Shown: positions 23,649 to 35,200 of the stretch, piece after piece
How positions within the stretch are numbered: the first letter of the stretch is position 1
Layout: the number at the start of each line of letters is the position of its first letter
Assembly: GCA_002269645.1 (NCBI GenBank)
Contig: NIVC01000363.1
Span: forward strand, 588,231 to 652,230
DNA length: 64,000 bases
Reading direction: 5' to 3'
DNA from: Macrostomum lignano
Lineage: Eukaryota
Notes under the pieces: generated by a model
Database searches by the model: none
Seen by the model: the letters and a program-made list of their open reading frames with translations, nothing else
What the model was told of the DNA's origin: nothing
Program-made: the position numbers and the translations under genes

Positions 23649-24817
23649 TTACTGATGAGCGACTGTCGGACTGGGCATTGGCGTCTGCGCAGCCGACATC
23701 CTCTTCTTCTGGTGAGCGTTCGGAGTCTGCCAAGTAGCCGGGGCTTGGGCTCTGCGGAGGGCGTTGCCGTGGGCGCTCTCCGTCTCGCCGTTTCCCTGGT
23801 TCTGGCGTAACGGGCACTGTGCATTGCGATGACCAGGCTGACCACAGCCATAGCAGATCATGGCTTTCGCCGGCGGACTCGTTTCTGCTGCTGGTCACGC
23901 TGCACCAGGTTGTCTAGCAGTCGCTGCTGTTTCTCTAGCAGATCAGTCAGAGCTAGGAGAGCTTGAGCGGTGGCGTCGGGCGTCGGGTCACCGTCGCGCT
24001 CCCCGTTCAGCATGCGAACCGGGGGTTGAGCAGAGCGCTGCGCCAGTTCCTTGGCGCCTTCCAGACGATGGAGTTCTCGAATAGCGGCCAGCAGATTGTT
24101 CGGGCGGACCCAATAGAGCCGCTCGCGCAGATCTGGTGTCGTCCTGATGCCAGCTAGGAACTGATCAGCCAGCTCCCGCTCTCGATCCTCAGGGTGCATT
24201 CGAGGGTACGCTCGCTCTCCCAAGGTGCGCAGGGCATCAGCGTACTCTTCTGCTGACTCGTTCTTGCCTTGCTGACGGCGCCTCAGCAGCTCTCGATATT
24301 CATCCGCGCCACCGTGGCGGGCGAATCTCTCGATCAGTCGCTGCCTGACCTCCTCGTAGCCAGCATAGCGTGGGAGGTGCATACTGAGCAGAGCCGGGTA
24401 AGCGGTTGCCAGATCTAGACTCGCAACGAGGTGCTGCTTCATCTCGATCGGGTCTTCGATACGCTCCATCTCGCAGCGCTGCTCGAACGCGGCGAGCCAG
24501 ACGTGGATGTCCTGGCTGGGCGTGTACTTTACAATCTTAACAGATTTGCTTACCGGCCGCTCCATCTGCTGCTGCAGAGCTGCCATCATCGTTCTCACAT
24601 CCTGGGGCCTGATGTTCTGGCCGAGGTCGTCCAAACCTGGCAGAAGCTCGTCTGGCGGGTCTTCGGACACTTCGCTTCTCGCACTTCGCCGCGGCATCTG
24701 CTGACCAAGGTCGTTGACCGCTGCTGCTGCGGCAGCCGATGCTGCTGCAGGTCTCGAACTGCTGATGTGCTGATCCAGCCGGCTGCTGCACCGGCTCTCT
24801 TCTCTCTCGTTAAACAT
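23649..24817 (-). CDS. Gypsy Gag (capsid-like 24817-23858; CCHC zinc knuckle CYGCGQPGHRNAQC in the -1 frame)
   Basis: Gag-like motifs WLAAFE, RQQGKNESAEEYADALRTL and DQFLAGI; the knuckle is separated by one frameshift. Confidence 0.9.
23790..23796 (-). promoter_or_regulatory. Gag-Pol -1 ribosomal frameshift slippery site G GGA AAC with downstream stem-loop
   Basis: In the zinc-knuckle frame (CAG GGA AAC). A -1 shift enters the linker ORF (GKRRDGERP...). Stem CGGAGAGCG/CGCCCTCCG (8 of 9 paired) starts 7 nt downstream. Confidence 0.75.
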
Positions 24818-24927
24818 TTCAAATTAGTAGAATAGCCGAATTCTTACTCGAAAGAGCGGTTGTCTTGGGTGTAGTAGTAGTCGAATCTTGACTTGTCGGA
24901 TCCCAGATAGTCGTGTCGTTGACTCGT

Positions 24928-24950
24928 CGAATCCCACCGCTGAGTCACCA
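24928..24950 (-). promoter_or_regulatory. Primer-binding site TGGTGACTCAGCGGTGGGATTCG (tRNA-Leu-like, imperfect)
   Basis: Starts 1 nt after the 5' LTR; complementary to a ...CGAAUCCCACCGCUG..CACCA tRNA 3' end. Confidence 0.8.
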
Positions 24951-24951
24951 G

Positions 24952-26084
24952 TGAAGTACAGGTGTCTTGCCTGTGGTTGTCTAGAGGCCTTCAATAGGAA
25001 CGCTGCCCCGGTGAAGTACAGTTGCTTGAGCTCCTCTGGGAAGTCTCCGGGTTGATCTAGTAGCGTTGGTAGTGCTGCCACCAGCTTCGCAGAGTCGCAG
25101 CCTTCGGTGAGGTGCTGAGCTCGTAGAAGCAAATAACTAAGACGAGAGAAAGAGACTCGCACTTCGTGCAGATTTAGCAGTTCTCGCGCAGAGGTGCCCA
25201 CCGTCAGCAGTCCCTGCCGGGCTGGTGCGGGGTGAGAGCGAAAGTGCTAGCTTCGGGCGATCTGAGCTGGCCTGCTAGCTGATAGCAGGAACAATCAGAG
25301 CCAGAGGCAGTCACGCGCAAAGTCGGGAGTCTTGGAGTTCAACTTAAGCGTCAACTTGGCACACAACTTAGAGTTCGCTAGAAACGAAACGGAAGGAACG
25401 CTAGGAAAGCTTGGAAAGCTAGGAACGCGAGGAACGGTAGGAACGCTGAAAACGCAGAAACGAGAGGCTGAAACGGAAGGGCCGGTTAACGGAAGGAAAG
25501 AAAGGCTTGTCTGAGCCAAGCCAGGAGAGGGGCTGCATTTATAGGGAGGATCGATTGCACCATAGCACGAAAGGCCCCCGCTGAGAGTCATAAGTGACTC
25601 TGTTGCTATTTTTAGCAACAAACAAGCGGGCCCTGCCTCAGAGGAGGCAAGGGGGGGTCCGGGCGCACGTGATCTCCCCATAAACACGAGCCCAGCGTAC
25701 AATGATGAAATCATTGCACTTTGGACTAAAGAAGGAAGAGGGCCTTGTCATGTGACTGACTCACATGACAAGGGGAAAAGGCCCACAAGTGAAGGCACTC
25801 GTGACCGTGGGACCGGAAAACAGGAAGGCACTCCAAATTTGGAGATGCCTGACAGAGAACGAAACAGAGGCAGGCCAGACCAAGCTGTCTGGGCACTGCA
25901 AAAAGGGAAAGCGAGACAAAAGGGGCAAACGAGGACAAACAGACAGACAGACAAACGGGCAGAGGACAGGCCAGGGACAGGCGGGAGGGACAGGCAACTG
26001 CCCAGCGGCAGACAGAAACCTGGGGAGAAGGCGAGGGCAACAGCTGACTAGTGCGGCGCCTAACTAAACTAGCGACTCACTACA
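24952..26084 (-). repeat. 5' LTR
   Basis: Direct repeat of 15900-17032. Confidence 0.97.
25538..25543 (-). promoter_or_regulatory. Candidate LTR TATA box (TATAAA; copy at 16486-16491)
   Basis: CCTATAAATGC mid-LTR on the element strand. Confidence 0.5.
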
Positions 26085-26250
26085 TATAGAAATCCAATAA
26101 ATAATATGTTGAGCTAATGGTATGTTTTTTTAATTTCTGGTTTCTGGCTTAACTTTGAGACAAATCCAAGAAGCAATTAGGAGTTAATTATTCTATGCCA
26201 TTCCAAAAGGCACTTATTGCAGTGTGGACTTAGACTAATTTAAAGAGAGA

Positions 26251-29200
26251 ATGTCTAGTCCTGTGCTACTACGATCTAGTGCTCCCTGGAGTGATGATGC
26301 TAAATATGTAAGCCTATTTTAACCTTTTTAAAAACCTATGTAACCAGAAAATATATTGTTTATTCCCATTTTTCAATGCAACATTCAGGCCATGACCAAA
26401 CTTGAGCAGCACTGCAATGCCATACTGGCTACTCTGACCTACCTGAAGCGTGTCTGTCTAACAAGGGCTGCCCAGTCGCAGTTGGAGAGTGTGCAGTACT
26501 TGCTAATAAGTCAGCATGGCGAAATGACAACATCTGTTAAACTGCTTTGTCAGGATTTGTATAGAAAGTAAATTAAATGCAGTTTATTACATTTAAATAA
26601 AAAACATTAAGGGCATCGCCATCCTCCCAGATTATCAATTTCTGGACCAGCCACTCAGATCCTCAGTTTCTGGGCCAGCCCTCCCAGATCCTTAGTTGCT
26701 GGGTCAGCCTCCCAGATCCTCAGTTGCTGGGCCATCCTCCCAGATCCTCAGTCGCTGGGCCGGCCTCCCAGATCTTTAGGTTGCTAGGCCAGCCTCCCAG
26801 ATCCTCAGTTGCTGGGCCAGCCTTCCAGATCCTCAGCTGCTGGGCCAGCCTCCCAATACTCAGGCTAGGTCGCCCAAGAATCCCACCAGTTTCATCACTG
26901 TTCCTAAACTGAACTCATTCCCCGCCGCCCACGCAGGCAGTCGAGCCAGTTCGAGTCCCAGTTACTAGCCGCCAACTCCAGCTTAGCAAGCCTCTGCTCC
27001 TCGCTAGACCGCCGCATCCATCTGGCTGTTAGATTTGGTGATCAATTCGATTTAGAAGACAACAGCTTGAACGATTGGACTCGACTGATGGCGGATTATC
27101 GCGAGACAATATCGGTAAGCGCAATTCGCTTAAAAGGTAGTTTTTTCGGTTGGCATCCTGGTGAATAAAACAAGGGTGAAATTCACAGCCACATTCATTT
27201 GGGCTTCGCATTCATGAGGGCCAACTCCCTAAGTTGCGAAGGCCTTTGTACACTCTGTGTGTGGTCAGGAGTCAGTGAAATGGGCAGAATTGCCTCAGCG
27301 CTAGTTGGGAGATGATGCCTTTGAACGTGAATATTTATATTGTGTAATGGCGACCTAAATAAGACTTGCCTAAACAAAATTAACATAATTTTGGGTATAC
27401 GGCAGGAGTAAATATAACTGTATTATTAAGGCTAAAAGCCTCGTCATCTTGTTAGTACTTAGTTATTAGTGTTGCACATTTATGCAAGCCTGTGTTGCAG
27501 GCCATCAGTGATGCCTCCTCTAATTGTTGTACCAAAGGCTCTGCAAATTCGCAAGTTACCATAGGCTTTGTCCGTCTTTCCACTACACACACACACAAGT
27601 GAGGGAATCGAACCCGGGACTTAAGCTCAAGCGGGGGAGGCGTTGGCGTTGCTACTGAACTATCGGGTCAAATAAGTCAAGTGTTGGAGCTTTCTTGGCA
27701 TCGTTTCTTAGATAGACCAATGTTTACTTTTAATTGCGTATATCGTTTCTGCTGTTCACGCGTGTGTATGAATTTCATGAACCCAACTAGCCTGACTACC
27801 TCCGGCTGACTTGCATCTATCTGCGCTGCACAGTGTATATAGGTTAATTGAACCGGTCTTGAATTGCGAATATCATTTTTTCTCTCTCCAGAGAAGCTTT
27901 TAAAGATTTCTCTAACGGCGACTGTTGGTAAGAATTATAATTTCATATTGATTCATTGTTTCCTATTTTACTATGTTGTCAGTGTTAGAATATCTTTATT
28001 CTTTCTTTATTCTTGTAATCCCTGTTTTATTTAATTGAACATTAAGATACCTTAGTTCCTTATTTTATTATGTTTTTGTAGCTAAGGATAGTAGGTGCAG
28101 TCTGCAACCATAATTGATAATCACTCATAACGAAGTAGCTTTTATTCGGATATTATTATCTGTGTACTCGTAGCGCTTGTTGTTTTAAAAACTTTGTCGC
28201 TTTTGTTAATCGGTCAATTTGATTTTTTATCGGTCTCTCAGTGGGCACCGCTACACCCTATCCCACTACCCCCTACCCACTACCCCCTATCTCTCTACCC
28301 CTATCCCACTACCCCCTATCCCACTTCCCCCTACCCGCTACCCCCCCTATCCAACTACCCCTAGACTCACTACCCCTATCCCGCTAACCCCTACCCACTA
28401 CCCCCTATCTCTCTACCCATATCCCGCTACCCCCTATCCAACTACCCCCTATCCAACTACCCCTAGACTCACTACCCCTATCCGCTACCCCTACCCACTA
28501 CCCCCTATCTCTCTACCCCTATCCCACTACCCCCTATCCCACTTCCCCCTACCCGCTACCCCCTATCCAACTACCCCTAGACTCACTACCCCTATCCCGC
28601 TACCCCCTACCCACTACCCCCTATCTCACTACCCCTAGACTCACTACCCCTATCCCGCTACCCCCTACCCACTACCCCCTATCTCACTACCCCTATCCCG
28701 CTACCCCCTAAACCACTACCCCCTATCTCACTACCCCTATCCCGCTACCCCCTAAACCACTACCCCCTATCTCACTACCCCTATCCCGCTACCCCCTACC
28801 CACTACCCCCTATCTCACTACCCCTAGACTCACTACCCCTATCCCGCTACCCCTACCCACTACCCCTATCTCTCTACCCCTATCCCACTTCCCCCTACCC
28901 GCTACCCCCCTATCCAACTACCCCTAGACTCACTACCCCTATCCCGCTACCCCCTACCCACTACCCCCTATCTCTCTACCCCTATCCCACTTCCCCCTAC
29001 CCGCTACCCCCCTATCCAACTACCCCTAGACTCACTACCCCTATCCCGCTACCCCCTACCCACTACCCCCTATCTCACTACCCCTAGACTCACTACCCCC
29101 TAAACCACTACCCCCTATCTCACTACCCCTAGTCTCACTACCCCTACCCGTTACCCCCTACCCGCTACCCCCAATCTCACTAACCTCTATCCCACTACCC

Positions 29201-32200
29201 CCTCTCCGCCACCCCTTCTCCGCTGACACCTACCTTATCTGTCCTATTAATCTAACCGTCGTATTTACGCGTAATAAATTGGCCATATTAGTAAATGCCT
29301 AGTTACCGGTTACTCATTAGTGTCGTCATTTCTCAGAACCAGTGTAATTTTCTCCTTTAGCAAAGCTCACATTCCTTTCTCTTTTGAAGCGTGTACGAAA
29401 CACGTGTCTGAAAATGCAGGATCGGCCAAAGTCCTTTATGGGCATTTTTTCTTCGCATTCCCCCCTCTCTCTCTCTCTCAACATCTGGCCGCTGTGCAGT
29501 TGCCAGCTTGGATTGGTGCAGTCGGTCTATTGGCTGTGCACGGGCAAGCGCGCTGCTGAAGGGTCGGCTTGAGGGGAAACGAACAACTCTCCACACTTTG
29601 TTAGGCTTTCTTGGGTGGGGGGTCTGGATGCTTGGGGATGAGGATTGGGAGAGGGGAGAGGCTTCGAACTGGCTTAGCAATAAAAATATTGGGGGACAAG
29701 CAGCCATGCGGCAAGGAAGTAAAGACAGACTGTATCGTGCACAGCTTCAGTCATTGAACGAATACGATAGAGGCCATCAGAAAACGGCTGCCAAGAAGTG
29801 AATTGGTCAGGATTACCTTGGCTGTACCTGCTAATCCCAAGCTATTTCCGTAATTCCTTGATTTTTTCAGTTACGTATATACAGTATAAGGTACCCGCTT
29901 ACCTATTGCCAATTAATTTCAGAGCATCATTGACGCCTGCCGGTCACCGAGAGTTGAAACTCACAGGTATGGCTGATTGGGGATGGAGATTTCGGGATGC
30001 CAGATGGGGATTTCGGGATGCCAGATGGGGATTTCGGGATTTCAGATGCGGATTTCGGTATTCCAGATGGGGATTTCGGGATTCCAGATGGGGATTTCGG
30101 GATTCCAGATGGGGATTTTGGGATTCCAGATAGGGATGTCGGGATTCCAGATAGGGATTTCGGGATCGGGATTCCAGATAAGGATTTCGGGATTCCAGAT
30201 AAGGATTTCGGGATTCCAGATAGGGATGTCGGGATTCCAGATAGGGATTTCGGGATTTCAGATAAGGATGTCGGGATTCCAGATAGGGATTTCGGGATTT
30301 CAGATGGGGATTTTGGGATTCCAGATGAGGATTTTCGGGATTAAATATGTGAATATGAATATTTCGAAAGATTTGAAGATTTTGGAATTCGAATAGGGGA
30401 TTTCGAGTTTTATATTCCAGCCAGGCAAACACCTCGCCGCATCCCCGTCGATTTTCAGTCGCGAACGGCTGCGCAGCTCGCTGCCTTCGGAGCTCGAAGG
30501 ACTGCACGTCGCCGGATCTGAATCGGAAGACGAAAACAAAGTGAACGAACTTGTTGACGCCGCCGGTAGTCAGCTGAGATCCACTCTGGTTTTTATGGAG
30601 CCCTCTGACTCTGAGTCTGCTTGCGCGGCGCCGGCAAACACTAGCCGATTGCTTCGGTCTTCCTCTCCTGCGTCTTCGGCCGCTTCGTCTGATTCGTCTT
30701 CTTCCTCCGGAGCTTCATCTCTGGTTGCTAACGCGTCCTCCACCTTGGCCATCGCCCCCAACGACAAAGGCGACGATGAAGCTGAATTAAACAATCGATC
30801 GGAGGACTCGACTCAGACTGAAGAGGAAGTCACCGAAGAGTTCGTTAAAGTAGACGGTGTACTTTATAAGCGTCGAATATTGAGAAGACGGCGTCAGAAA
30901 GTTGTGCGAACTCGAACTGTGGTGTCGTCGGCTGAACCGCCCGTGGTGACCGTGGCTGCGACATCTGCTGCTCCTGACCATCAGGAGTCACCGCCGCCCC
31001 CTCCACTGCCTCCCAGACTTAACAAATCAGCTAATAACACTGATGAAGACGGTACTGATGCTGGATCAGGTGTTATGCTAAGACGGCCTGAGACTGCGGC
31101 CAATGACCAGATTCGATTGGGTGAGTTGTGTCTGTAAGCTTGATTGTTGAGCACTTCATTGGGTAATTTCTCGTCGTCCCATTCACTCTACCCTCACTCA
31201 AATCGCCCCTGAACCCTTACTGAAAATCGCCCCTGAACCTTCATTAAGAATCGCCCATGAAGCCTCACTAAGAATCGCATCTGAAGCCTCACTAAGAATC
31301 GCATCTGAAGCCTCACTAAGAATCGCATCTGAACCCTCACTAACAATCGCCCATGAAGCCTCACTAAGAATCGCATCTGAACCCTCACTAAGAATCGCCC
31401 ATGAAGCCTCACTAAAAATCGCATCTGAACCCTCACTAACAATCGCCCCTGACGCCTCACTGAGAATCGCCCCTGAACCCTCACTGAGAATCTCCCCCGA
31501 AGCCTCACTAAGAATCGCCCCTGAAGCCTCACTAAAAATCGCCCCCAAGCCCTCACTGAGAATTGCCCCTGAACCCTCACTGAGAATCTCTCCCGAAGCC
31601 TCACTAAGAATCGCCCATGAAGCCTCACTAAGAATCGCCCATGAAGCCTCACTAAAAATCGCATCTGAACCCTCACTAACAATCGCCCCTGACGCCTCAC
31701 TGAGAATCGCATCTGAACCCTCACTAAGAATCGCCCATGAAGCCTCACTAAAAATCGCATCTGAACCCTCACTAACAATCGCCCCTGACGCCTCACTGAG
31801 AATCGCCCCTGAACCCTCACTGAGAATCTCCCCCGAAGCCTCACTAGGAATCGCCCCTGAAGCCTCACTAAAAATCGCCCCCAAGCCCTCACTGAGAATT
31901 GCCCCTGAACCCTCACTGAGAATCTCTCCCGAAGCCTCACTAAGAATCGCCCATGAAGCCTCACTAAGAATCGCCCATGAAGCCTCACTAAGAATCGCAT
32001 CTGATCCCTCACTAACAATCGCCCCTGACGCCTCACTGAGAATCGCATCTGAAGCCTCACTAAGAATCGCCCCTGACGCCTCACTGAGAATCGCCCCTGA
32101 ACCCTCACTAACAATCGCCCCGAAGCCTCACTAAGAATCGCCCCTGAACCCTCACTGAGAATCTCCTCCGAAGCCTCACTAAGAATCGCCCCTGACGCCT

Positions 32201-35200
32201 CACTGAGAATCGCCCCTGAACCCTCACTAACAATCGCCCCCAAGCCCTCACTAAGAATCGCCCCTGAACCCTCACTAAGAATCGCCCCTGACGCCTCACT
32301 GAGAATCGCCCCTGAACCCTCACTAAGAATTGCCCCGAAGCCTCACTAAGAATCGCCCCTGAACCCTCACTAAGAATCGCCCCTGAACCCTCACTAAGAA
32401 TCGCCCCTGAACCCTCACTGAGAATCGCCCCTGAACCCTCACTGAGAATCTCCCCCGAAGCCTCAATAAGAATTGCAGAATCTCATTTTATAGAGTGGCT
32501 CACCAATGGAAAATAAGTGCCGGAAACGCATTAAAATAAATAAAGGCTTCAGTTTTATAATTGAATTATATGATACCAAGAGCCCAAGATATAGATAGAC
32601 CTGTGACACAAAACTATAAAATTATTAATAAACCAATGCGCTTCGGAGTTAAAAGTTATGTGAAAATATTGCCACTGACCTGTTTATATCTGACCGCATT
32701 CAGTCATGCCGCATTTCCTACTGCCATGGCTGATTCTGCCAGTTACCATATGCTATCTGTATATCTGTCTCCATCCATTACCCTTTACTAAAGTAGCTCT
32801 ACGAAATGAATCTGGTTTCTCGTAATTTGCGCTGTCAGTTCTGAGTTTAGTTTATGCCTGTTTACGTAATTGCGCCTGATTCCGACCTTTGGTCTGAGAA
32901 ATTTTCTCAATTACGCTAATAGATTTTCCGTTGCTAAATAGTCTAAGTAATGTAATATCTTGTCTGATACTTTAAAGTATGGTTTTGTGTCTATTTGATA
33001 TTTTCCGTTTCTCTGCATTTGATCTAGGGTGAGATTTCCGTATCTCTGTGTTGTGTCTAGGGTGAGATTTCTTTTTCTCTGCTATAGGTCTAGGGTGAGA
33101 TTTCAGTGTCTGCGTTGAATCTATGGTGAGATTTCCGTGTCCATTTATTGGATCTAGGATGGGATTTCCGTGTCTATTAATTGGGTCTAGGGTGAGATTT
33201 CCGTGTCCATCCATTGGATCTAGGATGGGATTTCCGTGTCTATTCATTAGATCTAGGTGAGATTTCCGTGTCTCTGCATTTGATCTAGGGTGAGATTTCC
33301 GTGTCTCTGCATTTGATCTAGGGTGAGATTTCCGTGTCTCTGCAATTAATCTAGGGTCAGATTTCCGTATCTCTGTGTTGGGTCTAGGGTGAGATTTCCT
33401 TGTCTCTGCTATAGGTCTAGGGTGAGATTTCAGTGTGTCTGCGTTGGATCTAGGGTGAGATTTCCGTGTCCATCCATTGGATCTAGGATGGAATTTCCGT
33501 GTCTATTCATTAGATCTAGGGTGAGATTTCCGTGTCTCTGCATTTGATCTAGGGTGAGATTTCCGTGTCTCTGCATTTGATCTAGGGTGAGATTTCCGTG
33601 TCCATCCATTGGATCTAGGATGGGATTTCCGTGTCTATTCATTAGATCTAGGGTGAGATTTCCGTGTCTCTGCATTTGATCTAGGGTGAGATTTCCGTGT
33701 CTCTGCATTTGATCTAGGGTGAGATTTCCGTGTCCATCCATTGGATCTAGGATGGGATTTCCGTGTCTATTCATTAGATCTAGGGTGAGATTTTCGTGTC
33801 TGCATTGGATCTAAAAAAGATTTCCGCGTCTCTGTATGGATCTAGGGTGAGATTTCCGTGGCTCTGCATTGGATCTAGAAAAAGATTTCCGCGTCTTTGT
33901 ATGTATCTAGGGTGAGATTTCGGTGTCTCTGCTATGGATCTAGGGTGAGATTTACTTGTCTCTGCTATGGATCTAGGGTGAGATTTCCTTGTCTCTGCTA
34001 TGGATCTAGGGTGAGATTTCCTTGTCTCTGCTATGGATCTAGGGTGATATTTCCTTGTCTCTGCTATGGATCTAGGGTGAGATTTTCTTGTCCTAAGCTT
34101 CATCTGGAGTGAGATTTCCCCGACTCAACTTAACGTTCGGAATTTTTTTCTAAAACTTCAATTCCAGTTTAGCTTGGCAACTAGCAAAATGATGGAGTTC
34201 CTTATAATTCCTTTGTCTTGAGCCTTTTTGAAAAATAAATGGCCCCTAAATCCTTAATAAAATAGCTGAATTTTCATCAATACTGCTGAAGCGTGACTAT
34301 TGGATTTTCATCGCTTAGCTTTGACCAGATTAATATTTCATATCGTTCTGCTTGGCGGGCTGCCTGCTTATTTTTCAAGAAAAAAATCCACTTTGACTTA
34401 TGAGTTAAGTGGCCTGATCTGGAAGTTAAACCAGCCTGACTGACTGGCTAGATGGCTCTTTCAGAAGGTGAACTGTGTTCGTGCTTATATATGCTCAAAT
34501 GTGCTCAAGAAGAAGTGATGGAAAAAGAGGGAGTTTATTCGTTATAAAAATGCCGCCTATCCGATCCCAATTATTGATTTATTGCGTGCGGTTAAATATG
34601 AGAACAAAATTTCTCTACTTTTTCTGCTCGATCTCTTGTACTTTGTAGTGTTTTGTGCTCAGTCGAGGCCACTAACTGCTCAATACGCACATTGCATATA
34701 CTTGCCTAATAATATGATTTGCCATGCTTGTGTCTGTCATTAATCATAGCAGCATTGCAGTAGAGATTGCGGGCTGCTATGTAGCATGGGGCAATGTCCT
34801 ATATTTTATCTACAGACATAATACTACTGTCGCTACCTCAATGTTGGATCACAGTGAGATTATTGTGTCTGTACTTTGGAGAAGTGTCTAGAAAAGTGTC
34901 TCTACATCGGATGAGTGAGAATATTGTGTCACTGCATCGAATTTAAAGTGAGAATATTGTCACTGCATCGAACTAAAGTGAGAAATTGTGTCACTGTATC
35001 GGATCAGAGTGAGAATATTGTGTCACTGCATCGAACTAAAGCGAGAATATTGTGTCACTGCATCGAACTAAAGCGAGAATATTGTGTCACTGCATCGGAT
35101 CAGAGTGAGAATATTGTGTCACTGTATCGGATCAGAGTGAGAATATTGTGTCACTGCATCGGATCAGAGTGAGAATATTGTGTCACTGCATCGGATCAGA

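Larger units (their letters stand above)
15900..26084 (-). mobile_element. Full-length Ty3/Gypsy LTR retrotransposon (10,185 bp)
   Basis: Two 1133-bp LTRs at a constant offset of 9052 with TG...CA ends. TATA 4-bp TSD at 15896-15899 and 26085-26088. PBS, PPT, and gag-PR-RT-RH-INT domain order. Confidence 0.98.

Noticed and set aside
17399-23810. Many plus-strand ORFs antisense to gag-pol
   Set aside because: Expected shadows of GC-rich coding DNA; no recognisable domains
24824-26067. ORFs inside the LTRs (60-139 aa, duplicated at 15895-17015)
   Set aside because: Non-ATG or compositionally biased starts and no motifs; their identity only reflects LTR duplication
27190-27275. Candidate GEF exon (PHSFGLRIHEG...)
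   Set aside because: Sequence matches the SINE body at 55921-56283 and runs into a stop
31194-32323. Long periodic ORFs (349 aa, 228 aa) and similar ones at 8133-9051, 29944-30507, 32972-34103 and 53953-54978
   Set aside because: Translations of minisatellites whose unit is a multiple of 3; they lie in introns with no splice or domain support
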